Assembly: GCF_001194135.2 (NCBI RefSeq) | Contig: NC_068987.1 | Coordinates: forward strand, 25,475,125 to 25,517,881 | From: Octopus bimaculoides | Taxonomy: Eukaryota | DNA length: 42,757 nucleotides | Reading direction: 5' to 3' | Shown here: piece by piece, positions 1-10,505 of the stretch | How positions within the stretch are numbered: the stretch's first letter is position 1 | Layout of the letters: every line of letters begins with the position of its first letter | Made by a program: the position numbers and the translations under genes | The notes under the pieces: model-generated | What the model saw: only the letters and a program-made list of their open reading frames with translations | Told to the model about the DNA's origin: nothing | The model's database searches: none

Positions 1-286
1 CACAGACACGTGTACCCTTAACGTAGTTCTCGGGGTTATTCAGCGTGACACAGTGTAACAAGGTTGACTCTTTGAATTACAGGCACAACAGAAACAGGAA
101 GTAAGAGTGAGAGAAAGTTGTGGTGAAAGAGTACAGCAGGGTTCGCCACCATCCCCTGCCGGAGCCTCGTGGAGCTTTTAGGTGTTTTCGCTCAATAAAC
201 ACTCACAACGCCCGGTCTGGGAATTGAAACCGCGATCCTATGACCGCGAGTCCGCTGCCCTAACCACTGGGCCATTGCGCCTCCAC
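1..286 (-). mobile_element. tRNA-derived SINE, group C; 3' part runs off the window's left edge
   Basis: Minus strand reads GGAGGCGCAATGGCCCAGTGGTTAGGGCAGCGGACTCGCGGTCATAGGATCGCGGTTTCAATTCCCAGACCGGGCG. It has Pol III A-box (TGGCCCAGTGG) and B-box (GGTTTCAATTCC) motifs, followed by more than 200 nt of non-tRNA body. Confidence 0.85.
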
Positions 287-384
287 AAACAAACTGGTAA
301 CTTGTTGGTTAAAATGTGTTGGTTGTAATAGCACTTACATTAATGAATAAAATTTCCGCATTGTGTGCGTGTATTTGTGTGAGT

Positions 385-585
385 GTGTGCATGTATGTGT
401 GTGTGCGTGTCTTTGTGTTTCTCTCTTCTCCACCGCTTGTAAACAAAACCAGCCAAGTGTTGGATTCTTTACGTCCCCGAGAACAAGCGGTTCTACAAAA
501 GTGGGGTAGCTAGAAGAAATATCGGATTTTAAAAAAATAAGTACTAGGGGCAATTTGATCAACTGAATCCTTCAAAGTAGTGTTG
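385..585 (+). mobile_element. Degenerate 3' half of SINE family A
   Basis: (TG)n, then CCACCGCTTG...TTTACGTCCCCG...GCGGTTC...AAGTACTAGGGGCAATTTG, collinear with the full family A copy at 23655-24173. Confidence 0.55.
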
Positions 586-763
586 CTTGTTTCAGTCGTT
601 GGGCTGCGACCATGCTGGGGTACAGGATCAACACCAGTACTTACGTTTTTTAAGCCTGGTATTTTGTGGGTCCCCTTTGGAGACTCGTAGAACTTTTAAG
701 TTACTTTGACGAAAACAAACCAACACCGGTTATCAAGTGGAGATGGGGGACAGACACAAATGC
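586..763 (-). mobile_element. Degenerate 3' half of SINE family A
   Basis: Plus strand CTTGTTTCAGTCGTTGGGCTGCGACCATGCTGGGG...AAGCCTGGTA...CCAACACCGGTTATCAAG, the reverse-complement family A tail. Confidence 0.6.
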
Positions 764-799
764 AAGGAGTCACCACAGTCACAAAGAATCACAGACGAG

Positions 800-835
<36 letters not shown>

Positions 836-876
836 TTATCTTTCATTTCTTTCGGTCAGTTGACTGCGGTCATGCT

Positions 877-1112
877 GTGTCTTTGTTTGTGTTGGTCCCC
901 ACCAACGCTTGACTACCGGTTTGTTTACGTCCTCATAATTTAACGTTTCGGCAAAGGGATCGATAAAATAAGTAGTACCAGGATTAAACAAACAGAAAAA
1001 GAAAGAAAAGAAGTACCGGGATCGGTTTGTTGGACTAAACCGTTCAAGGCGTTGCTCCAGCATGGCCGTAGCCCAATGACTGAAAGAAGTAAACAAATGA
1101 AATAATAAAAGA
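877..1112 (+). mobile_element. 3' half of SINE family A
   Basis: CGCTTGACTACCGG...GTTTACGTCC...TTCGGCAAAGGGATCGATAAAATAAG...AAGGCGTTGCTCCAGCATGGCCGTAGCCCAATGACTGAAAGAAGTAAA, then an A-rich tail. Confidence 0.75.
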
Positions 1113-1901
1113 ATCTATATAATACAACCTTGTAAGAGAGTTATTTTAAGATAGGCGTTTTATATTCATCTCTTTGTATATTCTCAAGCAAATATCAGAT
1201 ATTTTGTAAGATTTCACTCAAACTTGTTACATTTTTCTATATATCTTATATATTTTCATCCACATTAATATTAGCTTGCTTTTATTTCACATTCTGACAT
1301 TCCAATGTATTCATTTTCACACGTTTTCTTTTAATTTGATACACATATTTTCTTGAAGTTCGTTTTGGTTAAAATAAAATCTTTGTTTCTACATATACCA
1401 AATTGCTCTTATAGTAACAACATGCAGTTTAGAGACATACTCTTTTATTGATTTGACACAATCCTATAAAAGACAATGTTATTTTAAGATATGTACGTTT
1501 TATATCAGTCTCTATGTACACCTCAGCAAGCATTAGGCTTTTCTCTATTATTTTTGTTTTTTAAGCTTTGCACGTAAATCAAGAGACGCATTTTTTGGAA
1601 ATCTATTGATTTCTTGACTGCCAGTAATACATACATACATACATACATAGATACATACATGCAAGCATACATATATATACGCAAGTACATGCATACATAT
1701 GTGTGTATAAATATGATATACACATACGTATATGTGTATGTACAAGATATATATATATGCATATAAATATATATGTATATATATATATATATATGCATTT
1801 GTTTATAGATACATGTGTGCATACATTCTTTCCTTTTATTCTTTTCAGTAATTTACTATTAAACTCCTTGAATTAAAATATTAAAGAAATATTGAATTTT
1901 C

Positions 1902-1940
<39 letters not shown>

Positions 1941-1943
1941 TAA

Positions 1944-2244
1944 ATGTAATCGACTAGTGCCCTCCTCCAAATTTCAGGCCTTGTGCCTTTAGTAGAAAGG
2001 ATTATTATTATTAAGGTGAAGTGCTGGCAGAATCGTTAGCACGCTGGACGAAATGCTTAGGGGCATTTCGCCCGTCACTACGTTCTGAGTTCAAATTCCG
2101 CCGAGGTCGACTTCGTCTTTCATCCTTTCGGGGTCGATAAATTAAGTACCAGTGAAATACTGGATTCGATGTAATCGACTAGTCCCCTCCCACCAAACAC
2201 CAGGCCTGGTGCCTATAATAGAAAGGATTATTATTATTATTATT
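1944..2244 (+). mobile_element. SINE family B: 3' fragment (1944-2012) followed head-to-tail by a full copy (2013-2244)
   Basis: Head GCTGGCAGAATCGTTAGCACG (A-box-like), GAGTTCAAATTCC (B-box), body GGTCGATAAATTAAGTACCAG...GATGTAATCGACTAGTCCCCTCC, tail AGAAAGG(ATT)n. About ten further copies occur in the window. Confidence 0.85.
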
Positions 2245-2705
2245 GAGTGAGAGAGCAGTGCATGCCATCAAAGTGACACGGGGATAAAATATACGATGCC
2301 CATTATACCCATTATGACTGCCCGTCAGATAAGGGTACACCAGGCACATGCATCACAACCATATGTGCGCGGCATGGTGATCTCATATCAAGATAAACAG
2401 CGCATGACCTTGCAGGTGAGGCCCAGTTAGAATTTTCTTCAGGTCGAATAGCCCATCCTGCTCAAAAGGTCCCTGATTAAGGTTTGTTTAAGGATGTTGA
2501 GCAAAACACCCATGTTTCCAAAGGTGAATTATTCAAACCCCAAATAATTCCTCTCAACTCATGGCTATGATGCTCCCCCACTACTTCTGCTCATAATCAG
2601 AGATGCACATATCGTCAGCCACCAAGGGACATGCTCAACTGGTTAAGATCAAACAACTGACAAGCAAATCTGTGGTATTAAGCAGAATATTTACTGTAGC
2701 CCATC

Positions 2706-2707
<2 letters not shown>
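2245..2707 (-). mobile_element. Non-coding ~460-bp element bounded by (ATT)n on both sides; probable retroposon 3' region
   Basis: Complex sequence with sharp boundaries against ATT arrays at 2227-2244 and 2708-2782. No convincing ORF. Orientation is inferred, not shown. Confidence 0.45.

Positions 2708-2782
<75 letters not shown>
2708..2782. repeat. (ATT)25 microsatellite
   Basis: Perfect 75-bp trinucleotide array. Confidence 0.98.
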
Positions 2783-2785
<3 letters not shown>

Positions 2786-2975
2786 TAGTCTTATTCTTAA
2801 CGCGTGCTTCCACTGCACTGCCGAGCGCAGCTCTGTGTGCCTTGGGTATGTGCTTTGGTTTGTTGTGATGCTCTTATCTTCACTGGATTGAAAGTGTTTT
2901 ACGTAGAATGTGTGCGGTGTCTAATAATGCTATTTTCTGTATGTTATATATATTTGTTAGTCCTGGTGTTTTTGT
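2783..2975 (-). mobile_element. 5'-truncated 3' end of an R4/Dong-type (restriction-like endonuclease) non-LTR retrotransposon
   Basis: Minus-strand translation of 2975-2880 is TKTPGLTNIYNIQKIALLDTAHILRKTLSIQ*, resembling the QKxxLLGTAxILRKxL C-terminus of R4/Dong ORFs. A ~97-nt 3' UTR follows and ends in (AAT)n; a short (AAT)3 lies at the 5' junction. Confidence 0.7.
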
Positions 2976-3714
2976 TATTATTATTCACAAAACTTATCCC
3001 GTCTCAGTTTCACCCGAAAGAATTACTTCCTCTAGACCTTTATATCTGTTGCTTAGTTACCTTTTTCGTTTTTGTTGTATTTTCCAATATACACCGCCTG
3101 TTGTTGATCTTAATTTAATATATTTAAAATAATATTTAAAATATTTCTTCATTTCCTCCCAAGACCAGTACCGTCTCTATATCTGTAAACTATCAGTTAT
3201 TTTACCTCGCTCTAAGTTATCTTTTTACTTTTAACATAACTAATTACTAAATCATTAATCTATTTAAATCTTGATTATTCTAATTCTTCTAATTCAAGAT
3301 TTCTTTATATACGCATGCCGTTGCATAATTTTTATTGATTTCTTTCAAATACAATCTTATACGAATTCAGCCAACCATTTTATTTTTGTATAACGATCTA
3401 AAGTATATTAAATGTTTAAACCTTGTTCTAAACCATTTTTGCCGGACAGTTATTAAAATGTAACTAGTAATATTGCGAGTTACAATTTGATATTCAGAAA
3501 AAAAATATTGCTTTCTCTTGCTTTCAACTTTTTCTGTTCATCTACAATAAATATAAAAGCATGGTTATCTATAAACGCCATCTCATTAGAAATAGATTCT
3601 TTTCTCATTAATACTAATATTTCTAATTAGTATCTAAGTTTTACTGGTATTTAATTGAGATTAAAATATCACAATACAAATGTTGTAGACGTCACTAAAA
3701 GTTTCATGCAAGCG

Positions 3715-3761
<47 letters not shown>

Positions 3762-3780
3762 ACGTGTGTGTGTATTTATC

Positions 3781-3994
3781 TTTTACCATGTTTCAGTCAT
3801 TGGACTATGGCCATGCTGGGGCATCGCCTTGAAGAGTTTTAATCAAATGAATCGAACCCAGTACTTCATTATTTTTTTTAAGCGTGGTACATATTCTATC
3901 GCACCGTTATGCCGAATCACTAAGTTACGTGAGCGCAAACAAATCAACATCGGTTGTCAAGCGGTGATGGAGAACAAACATAAACATAAACACA
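3781..3994 (-). mobile_element. 3' half of SINE family A (rest probably in the N-gap)
   Basis: GTTTCAGTCATTGGACTATGGCCATGCTGGGGCATCGCCTTGAAG...AACATCGGTTGTCAAGCGGTGATGG. Confidence 0.8.
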
Positions 3995-4306
3995 NNNNNN
4001 NNNNNNNNNNNNNNNNNNNNNNNNNNNNNNNNNNNNNNNNNNNNNNNNNNNNNNNNNNNNNNNNNNNNNNNNNNNNNNNNNNNNNNNNNNNNNNNNNNNN
4101 NNNNNNNNNNNNNNNNNNNNNNNNNNNNNNNNNNNNNNNNNNNNNNNNNNNNNNNNNNNNNNNNNNNNNNNNNNNNNNNNNNNNNNNNNNNNNNNNNNNN
4201 NNNNNNNNNNNNNNNNNNNNNNNNNNNNNNNNNNNNNNNNNNNNNNNNNNNNNNNNNNNNNNNNNNNNNNNNNNNNNNNNNNNNNNNNNNNNNNNNNNNN
4301 NNNNNN

Positions 4307-4350
<44 letters not shown>

Positions 4351-5364
4351 GGAATAGTGTCAGTGGTGTATATGCGACGAACTCTTTTGATACCTAATGG
4401 TATTTCACGTACTACCTACACTGCGGAATATTTTTTGTTTATCTTTCGAATGATGATCACTTGTAATCTGATCTGTACTAAGAGATATTGCGTTAAAACT
4501 GAAGCGGTTGTATAATGGAGGAGTCCTGACAGCCATTTAAACCACGCATACATCTTTATATTAACGTATATGTTTTTTTTTTTTCTAACCTCCTCCACTG
4601 TCTCAAAACATAACAAACTTAAACATAAAGGTGTAAGTGGGTTTTAAATTGTTGTCACGAGTCTTTCACGATGTAATTGTTTCAGTGTCAGTACGCAATC
4701 CCAGATCTCGGATCAAGTTACTTGTCAAACAGTTATAACTCGTAAATATACTTGACCCGATTTTTATTACACGGAGGGTTCTCTATTAAATTACCATTGA
4801 CTACATCTGGGTTTTCGAAAAAAAAAAAAAAGAAAATTGTAAAATTGTTTGTTTTGAATTTTACTTTTATGATATCCCATTGTTACAGGGAATGTGTTAA
4901 TCTCAAAAACACCTTTTATTAGTCAAGCAAAAGTTTCTTGTGGATAGTTTTATGGGGCTAACTAGGCAGAAGGGTTGGCTCTTAAAAATAGTTTACAAAC
5001 ATCTGTATCAACTGCTGTGTCATACATCTTTTCTGTAACCTTAAGATGCAAGTTCCTTTGTACGGTTTTCGTAATAACTCGGAGAATTGAATGATTATTC
5101 TCCTACTGTATGTCTCCACCCACCAATAAAAATGTTTGCTTGAAATATCTATTATTTTAATGTCATTGAATACGCTATTCTCTATAAATATTCTTTAATA
5201 GGCGGGATTTTCAACGAAGTTGACAGTTATTCTAGCAGTCGTCAACTGCATTTCCATTGTTCAGTTGTTCGTTGACTTTAAATAATTGCATCATGGATTC
5301 ACTTTAAGCTAACTAGCAACATTTAGTCTTGTTTATTACTATTGCATTGGCACAAATATTAGAG

Positions 5365-5537
5365 AATCGGCTCGGAGGTGTTTAGCTAGAGCTGTTTACG
5401 TTCTATGTTCAAATCCTGCTGGCGTTAACTTCGTCTTTTATTATTCCATGGTCGATAAAGTAACGTACCAGTCAAGTACTCAGGTCAATGTAATCAACTG
5501 ACTCTCACAAATTTCAGGTTTTCTGCCTTTCTTAGAA
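5365..5537 (+). mobile_element. Degenerate SINE family B
   Basis: GTTCAAATCC B-box, GGTCGATAAAGTAACGTACCAGT, GGTCAATGTAATCAACT, AATTTCAGG. Confidence 0.6.
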
Positions 5538-5690
5538 GGCGTGTGACATACTGGTTAGTCTGCCAGGGTCATGATGATAAGATCGTGGGCTCAATTCCTC
5601 GACCGAGTGACGCGTTGTACCCTTGAGCATGGTAATTCATTTCACGTTGCTCCAGTCTACTCAGCTGAAATTGAGTACCAGCCCAATGCT
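5538..5690 (+). mobile_element. Degenerate tRNA-derived SINE, group C
   Basis: Head GGCGTGTGACATACTGGTTAG...GGGCTCAATTCC, then CCTTGAGC...TTCACGTTGCTCCAGTCTACTCAGCTG, shared with the copy at 17655. Confidence 0.65.
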
Positions 5691-6959
5691 AGTACAATTC
5701 TCTCCTTCTCTGACTGGCTAAAGAGCGGGAATTACAAAAATTATGTCTATAGCTTCTCGTGTCTACATAGGAGCCTAAAGCAATTAATAAAAATGTGAAC
5801 AAGCTACGAAGTCATAATCGCTTGCTAGAGACCACTACAATGTTGTACGAAGAGGTGTTGAGTAACAGAATCAGTAGGGATCTGGGAATGTTTTCGAGTT
5901 CACTCTTATTGTGCAATACATTTGTAAAGTATTTTCCACCTTAACTGGTCAGAGAGGTTTTGGCACAGCCGTTTCACATCGATGAGTCGACGCTGACTTA
6001 TTTTACATTAGACATTTTAATGTTTCCCTCGTTCCCCCTCTCTCTCTTTCTCTCTCCCTTCCTGTCTATCTCCCTCACTCACTCTGCTTATGTGTGAGTA
6101 GCTAACTATGCTTGTATATGTAATGATTTCCTCTCTTTACCACATTCTCGCTCTCTCACTCTTCACTCATTCTCACTCTCTTTCTCCCCGTATGTACGTA
6201 TTTCTACTCTCGCCACCCGTGTATGTATGTTTCTTTCCAGTGCCAAAATATCGCTCAAGCTAGTTGAGTAGCTAGTGTCAGATTGTAAGTGTCCAAACAC
6301 CAGCATCTAAATCTTCTCATTCCTATCCAACCGTATGTAATCTAGCCATATACTTGGATGTGTACATGGGTGGTAAACCCAGTCTGTGACTCTGTTTCAC
6401 TCCACTAACTGATCTTTAAGTGTCTTTAGCGGAATCTACTTCCCTGCAAGCATTCGAACTAGATCTCCAGTTTGGGGATATCGCGTCCTTCCTCTGGTTC
6501 TCTTATTAGTTGCAGAGCACTTAAACAGGTAACGGATGCCGTTCTTCCTTATTTCATTGTCATTAAAAATGCCTTGAAATATTAAGTTACGTGCCTTTAG
6601 ACCTGCAATAGGGAAACTGCAGTCTACAAGGTTTTCTGAATGGCACGCCTAACGAACAATTAATAACCTTTAATTCTTTTTGTAGTGCGGCCCGCTTGAT
6701 GATGAGTCACATCTCATTGTGGCCCGTTTCTCAAAACAGGGCGGGTTGTTTTAATTTACTGATAAGCTGTATCGACATTCAGTTGGTACAGATCATAAAT
6801 CGAAACTTAGTCGCCACCTAGCCGTGGAATTTAACGGCAGATAATGAAACACGAGTGGTGGACTATATTATTGTCACATTAATATAATCTGCTTTTAATA
6901 AAAGGTATTACTATCAACACGATTTACACACACATGCACAACTACAAACACACACACAT

Positions 6960-7006
<47 letters not shown>

Positions 7007-7013
7007 CTTCCCT

Positions 7014-7089
7014 CTTTTTCTCTCTCTTTCTCTTTAAAAACAGACCTATTTAAATAGGTCTGTTTTTAAAGAGAAAGAGAGAGAAAAAG
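7014..7089. repeat. 76-bp perfect palindrome with no spacer
   Basis: Checked base by base: 7014-7051 is the exact reverse complement of 7052-7089. The core is CAGACCTATTT|AAATAGGTCTG. Confidence 0.95.
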
Positions 7090-7306
7090 GGGGAAAACAG
7101 AGAGAAATGGAGCGAAAGAAACATACGTTATCCATCTATTNNNNNNNNNNNNNNNNNNNNNNNNNNNNNNNNNNNNNNNNNNNNNNNNNNNNNNNNNNNN
7201 NNNNNNNNNNNNNNNNNNNNNNNNNNNNNNNNNNNNNNNNNNNNNNNNNNNNNNNNNNNNNNNNNNNNNNNNNNNNNNNNNNNNNNNNNNNNNNNNNNNN
7301 NNNNNN

Positions 7307-7351
<45 letters not shown>

Positions 7352-7562
7352 ATATATATATATATATAAACTGCTTCATGATTGCTCTCCTTCCTCTGTC
7401 TCAATTAATCTCAACTAATCAGCTAATTAATCGACCAACCAAACAAATTGATTAATTTTTCAATATAATTATTAAATAAATTTTTCAAGTTCTTCTTAAT
7501 TAAAATTTATGTTGTTTTGATGTCTTTAAATATATATTTCAAGTTCGTCTTTTCAAACTTAT

Positions 7563-7634
7563 CTAATGAATCTCTTTGTTTTTCTTTGTAGGTAAGTAAT
7601 GCTAAATATTTTTACATACAGCCTTAGGGTAAGT
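7563..7634 (+). promoter_or_regulatory. Candidate recursive splice site (3'ss immediately followed by 5'ss) with a downstream second donor
   Basis: CTAAT branch-point-like motif at 7563-7567, 17/19 pyrimidines at 7571-7589, AG at 7590-7591, GTAAGT at 7592-7597, and a second G|GTAAGT donor at 7629-7634. Confidence 0.4.
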
Positions 7635-7817
7635 CGTTGCTTTTTAAACAATTATCTCCCTTTATATTTATTCTTAAATATGAAGAAGCATTTGAAGCAT
7701 GATCGTAACGTTTTGACTTTGTACTGTTTCTTTTTCTCTACATCTATCTCTTGCTTCTTCATTGTCTTCTTTTCTCCTCTCACTGCTTATTTATAGTATA
7801 TATTATATTATAGTATT

Positions 7818-8377
7818 GGATCTTTTTTAAAACGGGGGCCACATTTTTCATTAACGAAACACTTTGAAACTTGGAACACTGGTAGAATGTGTCATATAAA
7901 ACATCTTTTTCTCTTAGTCTTCTTTAAAAAAAAAGAAATCCATAAATTATTCCATGTTAAAGTTGTCGTATTTCTGTAATTTCAACCAATCACTGACGTC
8001 CATTCAGCCGATATACATTAAGTGCCGACTACATAAACAAACGATTCTGAAACAATTAACCCTAACCCTAACCCTAACCCTAACCTTAGGGTTAGGGTTA
8101 GGGTTAAAGCAAATTTAAAATGAAAAAAGCAAATAAAACGAAGAATCGTTTGTTTATGTAGTCGGCACTTAATGTATATCGGCTGAATGGACGTCAGTGA
8201 TTGGTTGAAATTATCGAAATAAGACAATTTTTTACATGAAATAAATTCGAATCCAAAAATATTTTTCTGTTCTATAACACAAAATAGATAAGTATACGAA
8301 GTTTGAAAGTCTTTCGGTACCAAAAACACTACGTAAAACATTAATGAAAAATGTGGCCCCAGTTTTAAAAAAGATCC
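7818..8377. mobile_element. 560-bp non-autonomous DNA transposon (MITE) with 37-bp TIRs, 8-bp TSD and an inverted telomere-repeat core; Merlin- or Mutator-like
   Basis: TIR GGATCTTTTTTAAAAC(G/T)GGGGCCACATTTTTCATTAA at 7818-7854 and 8341-8377 (1 mismatch). ATAGTATT flanks both ends (7810-7817, 8378-8385). Perfect 72-bp internal inverted repeats at 7977-8048 and 8142-8213. Confidence 0.88.
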
Positions 8378-8469
8378 ATAGTATTATCAGCTCACGGCAC
8401 ATTGATTCTATATCACTAGTTTTCCCTGCCTCTGATTATGGCCATTTAATTTCCCTTGAGTTACTGAAG

Positions 8470-10020
8470 TCGGCGAGCAGGCAGTCATTAGCATACTGGA
8501 CAAAATGTTAAGCGGAATTTCGTCTTGTTTTTATGTTCTGAGTCCAAATTCCACCGAAGTCGACTTGGCCTTTCAGCTATTCGGGGTCGATGAAATAAGT
8601 ACCGGTTATGCACTGGGATCGACGTAATCGACTAGCCCCCTCCCCGAAAATTTCAAGCCTTGTTCTTATAGTAGAAAGGATTATTATCATTAAGTCAGTG
8701 AGCTGGCAGAATCGTTAGCACGCCAGACAAAATACTTAGCAGTATTTCGTCCGGCTTTGTGTTCTGAGTTCAAATGCTGCCAAAATCGACTTAGCTCATC
8801 ATTTCGGGGTCAATAAAATGAGTACTAGTTGGGCACTGGGGTCGATGTAATCGACTAGCCCTCTCCCACTAAAAGTTTCAGGTGTTTTGCCTGTAGTAGG
8901 AAAAATTCAAGGCGGTGGGCTAATAGAATCGTTAGGTCACCGGACAAAATACTTAGCAGCATTTCTTTTGAGTTCAAATCCCGTCGAGTTTATCTTTCAC
9001 TTATTCAATGTCGTAATTAATGAATGCCACTCAGGGGTCGAGGTAAATGACTTCCTTCTTCACAGAAAATTGCTGGACTTGTACCAAAATTAGAACTATT
9101 AAAAATCTAGTTTGATTTCAAATCCCAACGAGTCCCGCTTCTATCTTTCGGGGGTTTAATAAAATATGCATCATTGAAATAAATCCTGGGGTCGATTTCA
9201 TCATCCAGATTCTTCCCGCCCCAAAAGATGTGCGGCTCTGAGTTAATGTGAGAAGTCAAATATCAATGCGTTGACAAAGGCGGCGAGCTAGCAGAATCGT
9301 TGGCAGGCCGGGCAAAATGCTCAACGATATTTCGTCCGTCCCTTACGTTCTGAGTTAAAATTCCGCCGAGGTCGCCTTTGACTTTCATTCTTTCGGGGTC
9401 GATGAAATCAATACCAGTTGAGGACTGGGGTCAATGTAATCGGCTTATCTCCTTCCTAAAATTAGTGACCTTGTGCCAAAAGTTGAAACTAATATTAAAT
9501 CATTGACATCAAAACTACTAACCTCCCGTCTACAACGTTAACTGGGTTTGAACCGGTTGATCTCACTTCGTCACAAGACCATGCTTCAGCTACTGTTGCG
9601 TGAATATTATCTGTTATATTCTATATGAAACGAATATCACGGTATTTTTGATTATATCATGCAAAAAAAGTTTAAAAAGTAGAATCGGCCTCGACGGGAT
9701 TTGAACCCAGAACCTAGAGGAACACATCTGAATGCCACCATTCCATTGGAGTTGATGAAACGTAACACTGAAGTAAGTATTGTCGATGATTTAATTGACT
9801 AAAGCAAATTACTGTTCAAAAGATATATGACTTTAAAGCGATGAGCCGGCAGAATCAGTAGCATGCCGGGCATAATGCCTAGCGGTATTTCGTCCACCTC
9901 TCTGTTCTTAGTTCAAATTCCACTGAAGTCGACTTTACCTTTCACCCTCCCGGGTCGATAAAATAAATACCAGTTGAACACTGGGGTCGGTGTAATCGCC
10001 TTATTTCTTCCCACGAAATT
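8470..10020 (+). mobile_element. Cluster of six same-orientation SINE family B copies, partly head-to-tail
   Basis: Copies at about 8470-8691, 8692-8908, 8909-9100, 9110-9265, 9277-9496 and 9835-10020. Each has the GCAGAATCGTTAG head and/or GTTCAAAT(T/C)CC and GGGGTCGAT...TAATCGACT motifs. Confidence 0.85.
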
Positions 10021-10291
10021 TTAATCAGCCAGGGTTGATTAAAAACAGTAATTTCCACCTACCTCATCCTTTCGTACGTTGATTACTTTGGATAACCAAA
10101 GCAATATTGGATTTGTGGCATGTCTTGGTAAGCTCCATATTGTGGTTCTTTCCTAGGGATTTTATCATGTATGATTGTCCACTGAAACGTCTTCCCATTC
10201 GTCGTCTTGTGACAGAAATAAGACGATGTTTTACATATATACATACATACATGCACAGATATATACATACATGCATGCATGGATACATACA

Positions 10292-10505
10292 CGAAGAGGT
10301 GCTGAAAAGTTCATGACTTTGGGTAAAAGAAGATACAGGAGGATCAGTAAATTATGATTTTATTTAACATATTCTCCTCTCACATTCATACACTTATTGC
10401 AGCAGCCCTTCGGTTATTTTAAGCCTTATAAAAGAATTGGGAAGGTTGTGCATCCAGCCAGACCTTTCGCGATACTCTTAAAGCGAAAATCTTTTCAGCA
10501 TCCCT

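Noticed and set aside
200-286. tRNA gene-like sequence (also the heads at 24100-24173, 17655-17730, 5538-5605 and a remnant at 9541-9600)
   Set aside because: A- and B-boxes are present, but there is no intact cloverleaf or acceptor stem, and each head continues into a repeat body. These are SINE heads.
6241-6528. Possible + strand exon (TTTCTTTCCAG acceptor at 6240, CAG|GTAACG donor at 6529)
   Set aside because: All three frames stop within 10 codons. It could only be a non-coding exon, and sequence alone cannot support that.
8056-8107. Ancestral telomere-telomere fusion site
   Set aside because: The orientation is (CCCTAA)n then (TTAGGG)n, the opposite of a fusion, and it is centred inside a TIR element with a TSD.
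8470-10020. CRISPR-like or functional ncRNA array
   Set aside because: Eukaryotic context, ~200-bp diverged units matching dispersed SINE B copies, and no constant repeat-spacer structure.
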